DNA from: a virus
DNA: 64,000 nt
Virus genome (UHGV): UHGV-0021788
Reading direction: 5' to 3' (one strand)
A program made the position numbers and the translations under genes. The notes beneath the pieces were generated by a model. The model did no database searches and was not told the origin of the DNA. It worked only from the letters and a program-made list of their open reading frames with translations. Positions 33,001 to 43,752 of this stretch are shown piece after piece (the stretch's first letter is position 1; every line of letters begins with the position of its first letter).

Positions 33001-36000
33001 TTTACTACTTGTGATGTCTTAGTATATAGAGGAGACCAATTAGTTAAGGCTACTATTGGAACAATAGAAAATATACCTAAAGGAATGACAATCACTATTG
33101 ATAATAACAATACAATTACTCCTACTTTGAATATAAATGTTAATACTAATTTAACTGAAAATGGTGAATTAAGTATACCTATTACAGTTGGATTATTAAA
33201 GTTTACTAAAACATTTACTTATTCAATATCTTTTAAAGGTATGCAAGGAATTCCAGGTACTCCTGGTAAAGATGGTAAAGATGGGAATTCAGTAAGAGTA
33301 TTGGGAAGATATGATAGTAAAGAACAATTAGATTCTGCTCATCCTACTGGAAATGAAAATGGTGACGGGTATATAATTGATAAAGATTTATGGGTATGGA
33401 CAGAAAATCAGTTTATAAATGTTGGTCAATTCCAAGGTGAAGATGGTACTTCTACATATGTACACATTAGATATTCTAATGATGGAGTAACTTTTACTGG
33501 TAGTAATGGTGAAGAAGTTGGTACTTGGATGGGTATGTATGTAGATAATATTGAAGAAGATTCAACAGTATTTTCAAAATATAAATGGAAAAAAATAGAA
33601 GGTTCGGATGCTAAATTATTATCATTATCTGCAAGTAGACAAACAATAGCTTTTAATAGTGATAATACATTAAAAGATAATGCTGAAATAGTATTAACAG
33701 CTAATCAACAAAATTTTAATGATACTATAACATGGTCTACTTCACCAAATGTAGAATTAGGTAGTAGTGGTAATAATAGAACATTGAATCCAACAATATT
33801 TACAAATAATAATCAAATAAAGATAACAGTAACCGGTGGAGGTTTAACTGATAGTATTACAATAGTAAAAGTATTAGATGGACAAAAAGGTTCAGATGGT
33901 ACTTCAGTTAAAATATTAGATTCTTATAATAGTAAAGAAGAATTAGACCAAGCTCATCCTACTGGAAATGAAAATGGTGACGGATATATAATTGACAAAG
34001 ATTTATGGGTATGGAATGGTAATGAATTTATAAATGTTGGTCAAATAAAAGGAAATGATGGACAAAACGGTCAAGATGGTCTAAACGGTACTTCAGCTTA
34101 TGTACATATAAAATATTCTAATGATGGTGGTATAACATTCACTAATAATAATGGTGAAGATACTGGGGATTATATGGGTGTATATACAGATGAGATTGAA
34201 GCAGACAGTACAAATCCTTCTGATTACAATTGGAGCTTGACTAAAGGTAATGATGGTTGGGATGCTTATACTGTTATATTAACAAATGAATCTCATACAT
34301 TTGCAGGTAATTCATCAACTGCCCTAGTTGGTTCTGCAAACTGTGGTATTATAGGTTATAAAGGTGGTACTCAAGTAGCTACAACAATAGGCAATATTAC
34401 AGGAATGCCAAAAGGTATGAGTGTATCAATAACAAATAACGGCACAACAAATGCTTATTTTATAGTTACAGTAGCTAATAGTATGTCAACAAGAAATGGT
34501 ACATTAACAATTCCTATTACAATTGATGGAATAACATTTACAAAAAGATTTACTTATGCTTTATCATTAAATGGTGAAAATGGTACAGATGGTACTAATG
34601 GTTCAGATGCCAGATTGTTATCATTATCAGCAAATAGACAAGCGATAGCATTTGATAAAAATAATTCTCCTAAAGATTCAACAGTTATAACTCTAACTGC
34701 TAATCAACAAAATTATAACGATACTATAACATGGTCTACAAGTCCAAATGTTACTTTAAGTGGAGATGGAAACACAAGAACTTTATCGGTTAATAACTTT
34801 ACTAATAATTTAAAAATATCTATTACTATTAAAGCAGGTGACTTAAGTGATACCATAACATTAGTTAAAGTAATAGATGGTGTAGATGGTATAGATGGTT
34901 CTGACGGAACTGATGGTGTAGATGGATGTACTATTAACTTAACTAATGACAATCATAGTTTCGTAGCTAATGCAGAAGGACAAATTGAAATGCAACAAGC
35001 TGTTACTACAACAGTTATAGCCTATAAAGGTAGTGAGATTGTAACTCCTAGTTTTGGTACAATGCCAACTGTTAATGGTTTAAAAATCACAAGAGATGGA
35101 TTAACTATAACGGTAGTTGCTTTGGTTGGAAGTACGCTTGCTTCAAATGGCTCATTTAATATTCCTGTAATAATTGATGGAATAACTTTTAATAAAGCAT
35201 TTAGTTATAGTAAAGTAAAATGCGGTGATGACGGAGCAGATGGATATACTATAATATTAACTAATGAAAATCATACTTTCCCTTGTGAAAATAATGGAAA
35301 TATCGAAACAGCTATTACTACAACAACACAAGTAAAAGTTTATCAAGGTACTAAAGAAATAACACCTACTATTGGTACTTTACCTACTGTAGATGGATTA
35401 ACATTGAGTAAAAGTGGAACAACAATAACTATTACTGCTACAACAGGTAATAAATTGGCTTCATCTGGTAGTTTTAGTGTTCCGATTGTAATTAATGATG
35501 TTACTTATTATAAAGTATTTAGTTGGGCTAAAGCATTTAAAGGTAACGCAGGACAAGATGGTAAAGCAGATTTACCAACTTGGATTACAGAATGGGATAC
35601 TGGTAAAACTACAATTAATGGTTCAACTGTATTAACTCCTAAAATCTTTGCAGGTACAGTTAGTAATGGATTGCCAACTGGTGTTGCTATGGGTAAAAAT
35701 GTATTTGGAACTAGTGGTAGTTATAGTGGTGTTAATGGTATAGTTGGATATAAGAGTGGTACTAAAACTTATGAATTCAACACTAATGGAGAAGTATTAA
35801 TAGGTAATAAAAATGCTTCACATATTAGTTGGGATGGTAGTAATTTAGAAATAGTAAGTGGTAGTAGTCCAGTTGCCAGTAAAGATGATGTTGACAAAGT
35901 AAATCAAAAAATTAATGAAATTAAAGAAAACGTAGATGATTACACAATAGTTATAACTAAGGATACAATAGTAACTAAATGTGATATAAATGGAAACATA

Positions 36001-36009
36001 ATAGATTAA
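30067..36009 (+). CDS. Giant tail fibre or receptor-binding protein (1980 aa) with collagen-like Gly-X-Y segments and three roughly 115-aa repeated modules.
   Basis: GEKGEEGTG, GEQGIPGKNGTDG, GMQGIPGTPGKDGKDG and GNDGQNGQDGLNG. Repeat modules lie at about 32225-32600, 33235-33600 and 33880-34260. Ig-like repeats read LSLSA.RQ.IAF...TWSTSPNV. Confidence 0.6.
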   Translation: MLLPNIPATTYISWTGLVIIDKSDNTPYIVNDGKSCMKYIYWDMNDNPYVLKESNEWIKETATKKMIYINENGIGTQVPHDDYDIYYNDTGNGSSSQLTGEALGKYNELNGKYMTIKEDVDGIKQVLGSTESGSGSLVERVNKIEKTAEETKETISTVEKNFSNNKELEELRNNINVSMINLGETLAQYEELITKVSEDMEVSSDEKIDISAIQNQLLDNYTVMSQYHQVLIERLKSSEEDNTDTINNLNKNLDALNTSINNLNSLVNDSISDNTIVPSEITTMLNAIANVAVKNTQYKNAVSDAILLGIGGKLVESILDIRKTSNNFSQTISKMEEDIDGKTGLKVLVQKNATAIKQTADNLTLNYVKYNETTSQLTIGDNVIKLDAGKVLMTGTLTWDSLDDSAKKNLKGEAGSAQYIMLVGDQIFKYDKDGNPNVSAITLNVQVSNIQNPVFDWYYRDAKVSSEWTNIPSNSNLSSFILKHDDPIWGNNSNSITIKVVCGDYTDEMTIVKLHDGVIGEDAKSVSINGNQLFRYKGGFTETPNPTSITLTATRNNISADKTSRWYYRVSESDDWTEITSSKNANTLIVNHDSYFGDSKILMIRYEVETYYDIMTLAKITDGADGYAVLLTNENHSVPCDENGNYTFEAISTAYTYVKVYKGLLEVTSFNLERIDDGCTSVYSNGTRRLDVTSLSKNIATVTLNITVDGNTFQKVMTITKSIKGEKGEEGTGVNIIGKLENKDQLPTTGKPGDAYVIDGLLYVWLEENNGWSDGVPFRGEQGIPGKNGTDGRTTYLHIKYSNDGKTFTDNNGEDTGDWIGQYTDYIETDSTNFADYKWKKIKGEDGEKGIVANLTNDTHIVPIESDGTFGEDSFKGCSTKITLSYVGQELINGVSYSAKPNSDIEGTLDTKTGTYTVTNWTGEAKGTYVDLIAIYDGVSYTKRFTINRAKNPLDAYTVVLTNEAHIFPGDISNALASFTTCDVLVYRGDQLVKATIGTIENIPKGMTITIDNNNTITPTLNINVNTNLTENGELSIPITVGLLKFTKTFTYSISFKGMQGIPGTPGKDGKDGNSVRVLGRYDSKEQLDSAHPTGNENGDGYIIDKDLWVWTENQFINVGQFQGEDGTSTYVHIRYSNDGVTFTGSNGEEVGTWMGMYVDNIEEDSTVFSKYKWKKIEGSDAKLLSLSASRQTIAFNSDNTLKDNAEIVLTANQQNFNDTITWSTSPNVELGSSGNNRTLNPTIFTNNNQIKITVTGGGLTDSITIVKVLDGQKGSDGTSVKILDSYNSKEELDQAHPTGNENGDGYIIDKDLWVWNGNEFINVGQIKGNDGQNGQDGLNGTSAYVHIKYSNDGGITFTNNNGEDTGDYMGVYTDEIEADSTNPSDYNWSLTKGNDGWDAYTVILTNESHTFAGNSSTALVGSANCGIIGYKGGTQVATTIGNITGMPKGMSVSITNNGTTNAYFIVTVANSMSTRNGTLTIPITIDGITFTKRFTYALSLNGENGTDGTNGSDARLLSLSANRQAIAFDKNNSPKDSTVITLTANQQNYNDTITWSTSPNVTLSGDGNTRTLSVNNFTNNLKISITIKAGDLSDTITLVKVIDGVDGIDGSDGTDGVDGCTINLTNDNHSFVANAEGQIEMQQAVTTTVIAYKGSEIVTPSFGTMPTVNGLKITRDGLTITVVALVGSTLASNGSFNIPVIIDGITFNKAFSYSKVKCGDDGADGYTIILTNENHTFPCENNGNIETAITTTTQVKVYQGTKEITPTIGTLPTVDGLTLSKSGTTITITATTGNKLASSGSFSVPIVINDVTYYKVFSWAKAFKGNAGQDGKADLPTWITEWDTGKTTINGSTVLTPKIFAGTVSNGLPTGVAMGKNVFGTSGSYSGVNGIVGYKSGTKTYEFNTNGEVLIGNKNASHISWDGSNLEIVSGSSPVASKDDVDKVNQKINEIKENVDDYTIVITKDTIVTKCDINGNIID

Positions 36010-36022
36010 GGAAGGTGATATA

Positions 36023-38098
36023 ATGGCAAATCTTTCAATTATTGGTAGTCCTTCGACTACCAATAATAACCTTATAGTTAGTTATAGTACGGATATTTCA
36101 GATATCACTAATATAGAAATTAGTAATAATGGAAGCAATTATATAAGTGCCACAACTTTTTCAAATAGTTCTGCAACCTTTGATGTATCTAGTTGGAAAA
36201 ATGGTACTTATAATTCATGTACTTTAAGGGTTACATATGGTAAAACTGGAGAAGAAACTCAGTTACTTATTAATAATATAGGAAATATAACACAAACAGT
36301 AGGAAATTCATTTTATATAAAATATAGCACAAATAAAGCAGTAACAAAACATGAAGTTTCATGGGATGGTGGAAGCACGTTCCACGATAAAACAAGTGAT
36401 GTAACTTCTAGTGGTAATAATTATTCTTTTAAACACGATGATAAAGCTAGTGCTGGAACTTATAGGATGGCTATAAGGGTAACTACTTCAAGTGGAGAAA
36501 CTAAAACAAGTAATATATTTACAGTAACTATAACTTCAGGAGTGTCAGTAGATACTTATTATACTGTTAAATATAACTTAAATAATGCTAGTAGTTCTAA
36601 TACAAATACAACTGTTAAAAAAGGTTCTAGTTATTCTACTACCATTTCTCCTGCAAGTAACTATAGAATAAAAACAATATATTGCGTAATGGGTGGTACT
36701 GATATAAGTAGTTCAACTGTTAGTGGTAATAATATTAATATACCTAATGTTACAGGCGAAATCAATATTACTGTTACAACAGAAGCAATTTCAAGTGGAG
36801 GCACAGATACTTATTATCCTGTTAATTATCATTTACATAATGCTACTAGTACCAACTCAGCTACTTCAATTAAAAAAGGTTCTAGTTACTCTACTACCGT
36901 TGCTCCTGAAAATGGTTATAGAATAACTAAGATATACTGTGTAATGAATGGTGATGACATAAGTGATTCAACAGTTAGTGGTAACAATGTCTACATAGGT
37001 AATGTTATAGGAGAAATTCATGTTACTGTATATACAGAAGCAATTTCTGGTACTAAGATTTATACAGTAACTAGAAATGTAACTAATTGTACATCAACAG
37101 GAAGTGATACTTTAGATACTTCAATAACTACAACATTCCAAAGTGTAGTTGCACCTAATGATGGATGTGTATTAAAAACTTTAACTGTAAGTATGGGTGG
37201 AGTTGACTATACTAATGGTCTTGATGTTATAACGGATATGGAATGGAATGGAAAACCTGCCAAACTAATAACTATTAAAAACGTAAATGGTAATATAGTT
37301 ATTAATGCAGTTGCTGAAAAAGAAAGCACTAAACCTGATATACCTGATACACCAATTGTAGATGATACTTTAGAAATATTACCTTCATGTACATATGTTG
37401 ATATTGCTGAAGGTGGAAGTAAAACAATATACTTTAAATTATCAAATAAACCTACATCAAGTACAACTATAAATATTTCTTCATCATCTTCTTATTTAAC
37501 ACTTTCTACAAGTCAATTAACTTTTACTGCTAATAATTATCATATTGCTCAATCTGTAAATGTAACTTCTATTAGTGATAACAATAAAACTGATGATATA
37601 TATAATATAACCGTATCAGCAAATGGCTTAACAAGTAAAACAATAACAGTAGATGTTATAGATAGTGCTAATAGTAATTTTGAAGTAATTTATGACAATG
37701 GTACTTTAGTGAACGGAGCTTCATTCTCATTAAGTAATGCGGTTAACAATGGAACTTATATAAGTACTAATCAAAGTCAAGATGTTAGTGTTGGTATAAG
37801 CAATCATCCATTAAGTCTTAATAAAAATGATAAAGTACATGTAGTTTTAGGATTAGGAACAAGTGACCCATCATCAATTTATTCTTTACGTAGTTTAATT
37901 TTAGGCGATGGTTCTGCTAATAATATAAGTAATTCTAATATGATTAATGAAGTGCAAATAAATGAAGCGTTATCAAGCGATGGTAAAGTAGATACTTACT
38001 GGACTATTGCTGGTAATTTATCAAATATAACTTTAACATTCACATGTTATTTCGCACGAGTTAATATTTATAAAATTTATATAGAAAGAGGGAAATAA
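36023..38098 (+). CDS. Tail fibre or cell-wall-binding protein with an FN3/Ig-like module and two B-repeat (InlB/Flg_new-like) modules.
   Basis: The FYIKYSTNKAV.KHEVSWDGG...YRMAIRVTTSSGET module is shared with the next gene. Two repeats read TDTYY.V.Y.L.N..S.N..T..KKGSSYSTT..P..GYRI..IYCVM.G.DIS.STVSGN. Confidence 0.5.
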   Translation: MANLSIIGSPSTTNNNLIVSYSTDISDITNIEISNNGSNYISATTFSNSSATFDVSSWKNGTYNSCTLRVTYGKTGEETQLLINNIGNITQTVGNSFYIKYSTNKAVTKHEVSWDGGSTFHDKTSDVTSSGNNYSFKHDDKASAGTYRMAIRVTTSSGETKTSNIFTVTITSGVSVDTYYTVKYNLNNASSSNTNTTVKKGSSYSTTISPASNYRIKTIYCVMGGTDISSSTVSGNNINIPNVTGEINITVTTEAISSGGTDTYYPVNYHLHNATSTNSATSIKKGSSYSTTVAPENGYRITKIYCVMNGDDISDSTVSGNNVYIGNVIGEIHVTVYTEAISGTKIYTVTRNVTNCTSTGSDTLDTSITTTFQSVVAPNDGCVLKTLTVSMGGVDYTNGLDVITDMEWNGKPAKLITIKNVNGNIVINAVAEKESTKPDIPDTPIVDDTLEILPSCTYVDIAEGGSKTIYFKLSNKPTSSTTINISSSSSYLTLSTSQLTFTANNYHIAQSVNVTSISDNNKTDDIYNITVSANGLTSKTITVDVIDSANSNFEVIYDNGTLVNGASFSLSNAVNNGTYISTNQSQDVSVGISNHPLSLNKNDKVHVVLGLGTSDPSSIYSLRSLILGDGSANNISNSNMINEVQINEALSSDGKVDTYWTIAGNLSNITLTFTCYFARVNIYKIYIERGK

Positions 38099-38100
38099 GT

Positions 38101-41100
38101 ATGGCGAATACAATAAATTCTACTAACAATCTCACATCCACAAAAATACCTGAATTATATATTAGATATTTCAATCCTAAACAAAAAGTTAATGAAACGA
38201 TAAGCATTAAATATTATGTATCTGATAGCACTCAAGCTGAGTATTTGAATAAAGATGATAGTAAAACTTTTACAACTATTGTTAAAATAAAAGATAAAAC
38301 ATATAATAAAACTACTAAAGCAGGAGAATATTCAATAGATATAGGTTCGATTGCTAATACTGGAGAAACTTATTTTAGTATTTATACTATAGATGATAAT
38401 GGAGTAGCAAGTATTGAACAATTTTTTGATATACTAATAGTTAATGATTCATACAATCAAGTGAATAATTATAATATGACAACTGCTGATTTATCTACAT
38501 ATAATATTACTGTTGGTGAAACTGCTAGCATAGCACAAGCTAAGACAAATAATACAGGATTGAATAACTTATTTAAAGCAGTTAAAAATAATGGTCATAA
38601 TAAGATTACTATGTTAAATAAAGTTTATATGTTAGATTATCATTCTGATAAAGTAGTTTTACCTGATAATTTCACAGTAGATATGAATGGAGCAACATTT
38701 AAAGCAACTCAATGTAATGATATTAACGTATCAAATTTAGTAGATTTAAAAGATTGTTTTGATTCTCATGTTAAAAATGGTAAATTAATTGGCAATTATG
38801 ATGGATTTGATTTCGAAGCAACAAAGACTAATACAAATTATAATATACCTGGTGAAGGATTAGCAGTTGCAGAAATTAATGGGGCAAGATATTCATCTTT
38901 TGAAGATATGGAAATGGGATATTCAGTTGGATACAATTTAGGTGTATTTGGTGGTAAACTAGCTGGATATGTAGGAACTCCTGGTCAATTAGCCTTCCCA
39001 AATGCATATTATATAAATGACCAAGGTAATACAGTTAGTAGTTCCACTATGAGTACAACAGAATTAATTGATATTTCAACATTATTAGATAGAGGTGAGA
39101 TACAATGTAATGTGTACTTAGGATATGGAGGATTAGCTTTAAACAAAGCAGAATTGTTTTTTCATTTTTATGATAGTCATTCTGCATATAAGACAACAAT
39201 AAAAACAAGACAGTATCAAGTAGTTAAAATACCAAGTGGTTCAAAATCTATGAGAATTACTGGTTTCACTTCAACTACAACATCATCAGGTATGACAATA
39301 TGTCATACAGGTGGTGCTACAAATTGTGAATTAATTAATATAAAATCACATAATACAAGAACATGTGCAATGCACCCTGGTATATACAATCATTTACTTA
39401 TAAAGAATTGTTCGTTTAACTATGTTGCTGACGAGAACGAATACAAAGTAACAAAATTAGCGTTAGATTTTGAAGATGGATATGAGAACGGTAAAAATTT
39501 ATTTTTCATAAATAATGAAGTTTATAATGGAACATCTGCTCTAACAATTCAAAGAGCTTTCAATAGTAATGTTATTAATTGTAGAAACTTTGGATTAGAC
39601 ATTAGAGGGCATATAAAAGGTGGTCTTTTTAAAAATAATTTCTTTAATGATGGAAGTATTTATACAACTAGTTTTGAATCTCAATCACACATTAAATTAC
39701 ACAATAATACATTTTTAAAAGTATTGAAATTTTTAAAATGGGATGATAAGGGAGATTATAGTACAATAGGTTTAACTAAGTTAGACTGTAAACAAAGTTA
39801 TCAAAATAATTCTAATATCAATGTAATAATTGATAAAGCAGTTGAAAGTAGTGGTAGTAGTGGAGGAGGAACTACTCCAACTGCATTAACTATAAGCAAT
39901 ATTTCAAATATTACACAAACTGCTAACACAGAATTTTATATTCAATATTCAACAAATAAAGCAGTAGTAAAACATGAAGTCTCATGGGACGGAGGAAATA
40001 TGTTCTATGATAAAACAAGCGATGTAACTTCTAGTGGAACAAGTTACAAGTTTAAACATGATAGCTCAGGTAATGCGGGAACTTATAGAATGGCTATAAG
40101 AGTTACTACTTCAAGTGGAGAAACCGTAACAAGTAATATATTTACTGTCACTTTAGAGAGTAAACCTGAAAGCGGTACTATAGGAAACATGACATATGGA
40201 AAAGGTATAGACTCAACTACTCACCTTATAAAAGACGATGCAGTGTGTTGGGCAACAGTTAATCCAGTAACAGTAGAACAAGGTGCTACTTACACATTAC
40301 AAATGGATGCTACATGGGTATGGGCATTTGCTTACGATGATAATGATAACTTTGTTAAAGATTTGTTTGATACATCAGGTGATAATAATGTTAAGTATAC
40401 ATTCACTGCACCTACAAATAAAATAAGATATAGATGTTATGACCCTAATAAGTATTTAACATATTGTAATTTAACTAAAATAAGTAGTGGAAGTACAGAT
40501 ACTTATTATACAATCAGATATTATTTACATGACTCTACTAGTTCTAACACAAGTACTTCTATCAAAAAGGGTTCTAGTTATTCTACAACTATCACTCCTA
40601 AAAATGGTTATAGAGTAAATTCGATATCTTGTATGATGGGTGGTAATGATGTAAGTAATTCGGTCGTTAGTGGTACTGCTGTTAATATACCTAATGTTAC
40701 AGGTGATGTTTCTGTTCTTGTAGATACTGAAGCGATTGGTGATACAAATACTTACTATACAGTTCATTATCATTTATCTGATTCTAGTAGTACTAATTTA
40801 ACTACATCTGTTAAAGAAGGTTTTAGTTATTCTACTACTATTATTCCTAATGATGGATATAGAATAAAAACAATATATTGTATAATGGGCGGTACTGATA
40901 TAAGTAGTTCAACAGTTAGTGATAATAAGGTTAAAATATCTAATGTTACTGGTGAAATTTATATTACTGTTATAACGGAAGCAATTTCTACACCAGAACC
41001 TGGCACTATAGGTAATATGACTTATGGAAAAGGTATAAATCAAAGTACTCATGTTATAACTGATAATACTGAATGTTGGGCAACAGTTAAGGCAATAACA

Positions 41101-43737
41101 GTTGAGAAAGGTGCAACTTATACATTACAAATGGATGGTACTTGGGTATGGGGCTATGCATTTGATGATAGTGATAATTATGTTAGTGAATTGTTTACAA
41201 GTAATGGTAATAACAACTACAAATATACATTTACTGCACCTACAACTAAAATAAGATATGGATGTTATGACCCAGGTAAATATTTAACTTATTGTAATTT
41301 AACTAAAACTTCAGGTGGTACTGAAACATTAACTATAAGTAATATAGCAAACATAACACAAACTGCTCAAACAGAATTCTATATTGAATATAGTACTAAT
41401 ATAGCAGTAGCAAAACATGAAGTCTCATGGGACGGAGGAAATATGTTCTATGATAAAACAAGTGATGTAGAGGCAAGTGGAACAAGATATAGATTTAAAC
41501 ATGATAATAAAGCTAGTGCTGGAACTTATAAAATGGCTATAAGGGTAACAACTTCATCAGGTGCTACAAAAACAAGTAATGTATTTACAGTAACATTAGT
41601 AGACAAGAACCAATTAACTTTTACTCAATATAAGAGACTTAATGATGGCGTGATAACAGATACTACAGATGGAACTTATTATACTACATTAAACTATATA
41701 AATGTAACCGCTGGTAAATCTTATACTTTAAATCTTAATAAAGCTAATTATGTATGTATTTGCTATTATAACTCATCAAATTCTTATGTATCTTACGCTG
41801 AAGGCAATACGGATGATTGGTCAAATAAAGCCTTATCATATACATTTACTATACCATCAAATATAACAAAGATGTTAATATGTGCCACTGGTGATTCAAG
41901 TACTGCTATTACAGGTACATTAAAAGAAAATAGTAGTTCCGGTACAGATACAAGTGGATTATTAGACTCTACTGGTGCTTATGTAATAGATGACTTCTCA
42001 AGTAATAGTATAGATTCACGTAAATGGAAATATGAATTAGGATATGTTAGAAATAATGAAACTCAAAGATATACAAATACTAATGCTGAAGTCAATAATG
42101 GTATATTAGCATTAAGAGGTAAAAAAGCAAGTGATGGTTCTTGGACATCAGCATCTATAATTTCTAAAGGACATTTTGCTTTTATGTATGGTAAAATAGT
42201 AGCTAGAGTTAAAGCTTGTAATTACAATGGTTCTTTCGGTGCATTTTGGACACTAGGAGATAGTTTTGAGTTTGGTTATAAAGAATGGAGTAGCCCAGAT
42301 ACTTTAGGTGAATGGTGGGCTTATTGTGGTGAATTTGACGTAATGGAATTCTATAGTGGCAAACTAACTTGTGGTACATTCTTCAATGAAAAAGAAGAAA
42401 GTGGTCGTGTATGGTATAATAATTATCCTACTGGTGATTGGCATGAGTTTGCAATGCAATGGAATACAGATGGTAGTTTGATTTTCTCTATTGATGGACA
42501 TGAGTTGAGTAGAACAAATGCTACTGATAATAGAGCATTCCATATACCTCACTTTATTTTACTTAATCAGGCAATTGGTGCTAGTGGAGGTACTCCTGAT
42601 AGTAATACTACTGAAATAACTCAATATGTAGATTGGGTTAAATATTATCCTTTAAGTACAAATAATCTAGTTGAAAATTCATCTAATTTCTATTTAGAAG
42701 CTACAGATTTTAATGATAATTCTCATAATTGCGTTGTTAGACCAAAATTCAATGATAATTGTATAAACAAATCTATAACATGGCAATCTAGTAACTCAAG
42801 TCTAGTAAGTTGTCATAGTGGATTATGTGCTACTTATTCAGGAGCTAATGGTGAAGTAGTAATTACAGGAACTTCACATTCGGGTGTATCGAAACAAATC
42901 ACATTAACTGTATCTAATGGTACATTAAGAGCTAAGAATTCAGGTGGTAATACTGGTGGTGGAGGTGATTCCTCTAATACTGAATATGCTACATCATGTA
43001 CATCATCTTACATTTTAGATAAGATGTATCCAATGCCACAGCCTCACGAAGCATTACCAAGTGGTGTAACAAGTGATTGGGCTACTCAATCTCGTTGGGA
43101 AAATCAACAAAGACCTACTGCAATAGCACATAATTGTGGTCAATCAGGTTGTCCAGGAGCAGTACAATTTAGAGCATTGGGTGCTTGGGCAAATGTTTAT
43201 AGAGTTAAAAATACAGGTTTTAGTGCAAATACTGGGGTAGAAATGAGAAATATAAAAGTTTATGGATGGTATAACGGTCAATGGGAAAAAATACAAGATT
43301 TACCAGTGCCAGATGGAAATTTCTATGCTGAAAGTTTTTTCGACGATAGTAATCAATATTTTAGTGACAGTATAAAAACTACAAGCACTAGTAAAACTAT
43401 AATTTTAAGAGAAGCTAATAAAATTAATGGAGAGAACTGTATGTATCACCCATTTAGTAAGATTAAAAACTTTGACACAAAATATCAATATGTATATACA
43501 TGTATTGATTTAAGAAAAGTGAAATGGAATGAAAGTGGTACAGATGATAGAGATAGTTCACATTACTGTGCATCTTGTGGCGGTGACTGGTGGTTAGCTG
43601 AGGGATTAACTTTTGATAGTAGTTGGCAACACAACAAAGGTATAGCTCAACCTAAAATAATTGAAATTACAAAAGAGTGGAGAAGATTCTCAATGACTAC
43701 TGTTCCACAAAATTGGACAAATGGATTCCCACAATAG
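38101..43737 (+). CDS. Multidomain tail spike or depolymerase (1878 aa): N-terminal domain, pectate-lyase-like beta-helix, FN3-like modules, B-repeats, a GH16 family beta-glucanase domain and a Big_2-like domain.
   Basis: The GH16 catalytic motif GEFDVMEF (ExDxxE) lies at about 42328-42351, within a ConA-like domain at about 41990-42640. Beta-helix signature LPDNFTVDMNGATFKATQCNDINV. Big_2-like ITWQSSNSSL...ITLTVSNG. Confidence 0.6.
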   Translation: MANTINSTNNLTSTKIPELYIRYFNPKQKVNETISIKYYVSDSTQAEYLNKDDSKTFTTIVKIKDKTYNKTTKAGEYSIDIGSIANTGETYFSIYTIDDNGVASIEQFFDILIVNDSYNQVNNYNMTTADLSTYNITVGETASIAQAKTNNTGLNNLFKAVKNNGHNKITMLNKVYMLDYHSDKVVLPDNFTVDMNGATFKATQCNDINVSNLVDLKDCFDSHVKNGKLIGNYDGFDFEATKTNTNYNIPGEGLAVAEINGARYSSFEDMEMGYSVGYNLGVFGGKLAGYVGTPGQLAFPNAYYINDQGNTVSSSTMSTTELIDISTLLDRGEIQCNVYLGYGGLALNKAELFFHFYDSHSAYKTTIKTRQYQVVKIPSGSKSMRITGFTSTTTSSGMTICHTGGATNCELINIKSHNTRTCAMHPGIYNHLLIKNCSFNYVADENEYKVTKLALDFEDGYENGKNLFFINNEVYNGTSALTIQRAFNSNVINCRNFGLDIRGHIKGGLFKNNFFNDGSIYTTSFESQSHIKLHNNTFLKVLKFLKWDDKGDYSTIGLTKLDCKQSYQNNSNINVIIDKAVESSGSSGGGTTPTALTISNISNITQTANTEFYIQYSTNKAVVKHEVSWDGGNMFYDKTSDVTSSGTSYKFKHDSSGNAGTYRMAIRVTTSSGETVTSNIFTVTLESKPESGTIGNMTYGKGIDSTTHLIKDDAVCWATVNPVTVEQGATYTLQMDATWVWAFAYDDNDNFVKDLFDTSGDNNVKYTFTAPTNKIRYRCYDPNKYLTYCNLTKISSGSTDTYYTIRYYLHDSTSSNTSTSIKKGSSYSTTITPKNGYRVNSISCMMGGNDVSNSVVSGTAVNIPNVTGDVSVLVDTEAIGDTNTYYTVHYHLSDSSSTNLTTSVKEGFSYSTTIIPNDGYRIKTIYCIMGGTDISSSTVSDNKVKISNVTGEIYITVITEAISTPEPGTIGNMTYGKGINQSTHVITDNTECWATVKAITVEKGATYTLQMDGTWVWGYAFDDSDNYVSELFTSNGNNNYKYTFTAPTTKIRYGCYDPGKYLTYCNLTKTSGGTETLTISNIANITQTAQTEFYIEYSTNIAVAKHEVSWDGGNMFYDKTSDVEASGTRYRFKHDNKASAGTYKMAIRVTTSSGATKTSNVFTVTLVDKNQLTFTQYKRLNDGVITDTTDGTYYTTLNYINVTAGKSYTLNLNKANYVCICYYNSSNSYVSYAEGNTDDWSNKALSYTFTIPSNITKMLICATGDSSTAITGTLKENSSSGTDTSGLLDSTGAYVIDDFSSNSIDSRKWKYELGYVRNNETQRYTNTNAEVNNGILALRGKKASDGSWTSASIISKGHFAFMYGKIVARVKACNYNGSFGAFWTLGDSFEFGYKEWSSPDTLGEWWAYCGEFDVMEFYSGKLTCGTFFNEKEESGRVWYNNYPTGDWHEFAMQWNTDGSLIFSIDGHELSRTNATDNRAFHIPHFILLNQAIGASGGTPDSNTTEITQYVDWVKYYPLSTNNLVENSSNFYLEATDFNDNSHNCVVRPKFNDNCINKSITWQSSNSSLVSCHSGLCATYSGANGEVVITGTSHSGVSKQITLTVSNGTLRAKNSGGNTGGGGDSSNTEYATSCTSSYILDKMYPMPQPHEALPSGVTSDWATQSRWENQQRPTAIAHNCGQSGCPGAVQFRALGAWANVYRVKNTGFSANTGVEMRNIKVYGWYNGQWEKIQDLPVPDGNFYAESFFDDSNQYFSDSIKTTSTSKTIILREANKINGENCMYHPFSKIKNFDTKYQYVYTCIDLRKVKWNESGTDDRDSSHYCASCGGDWWLAEGLTFDSSWQHNKGIAQPKIIEITKEWRRFSMTTVPQNWTNGFPQ

Positions 43738-43752
43738 GAGAGTGATAAAATA

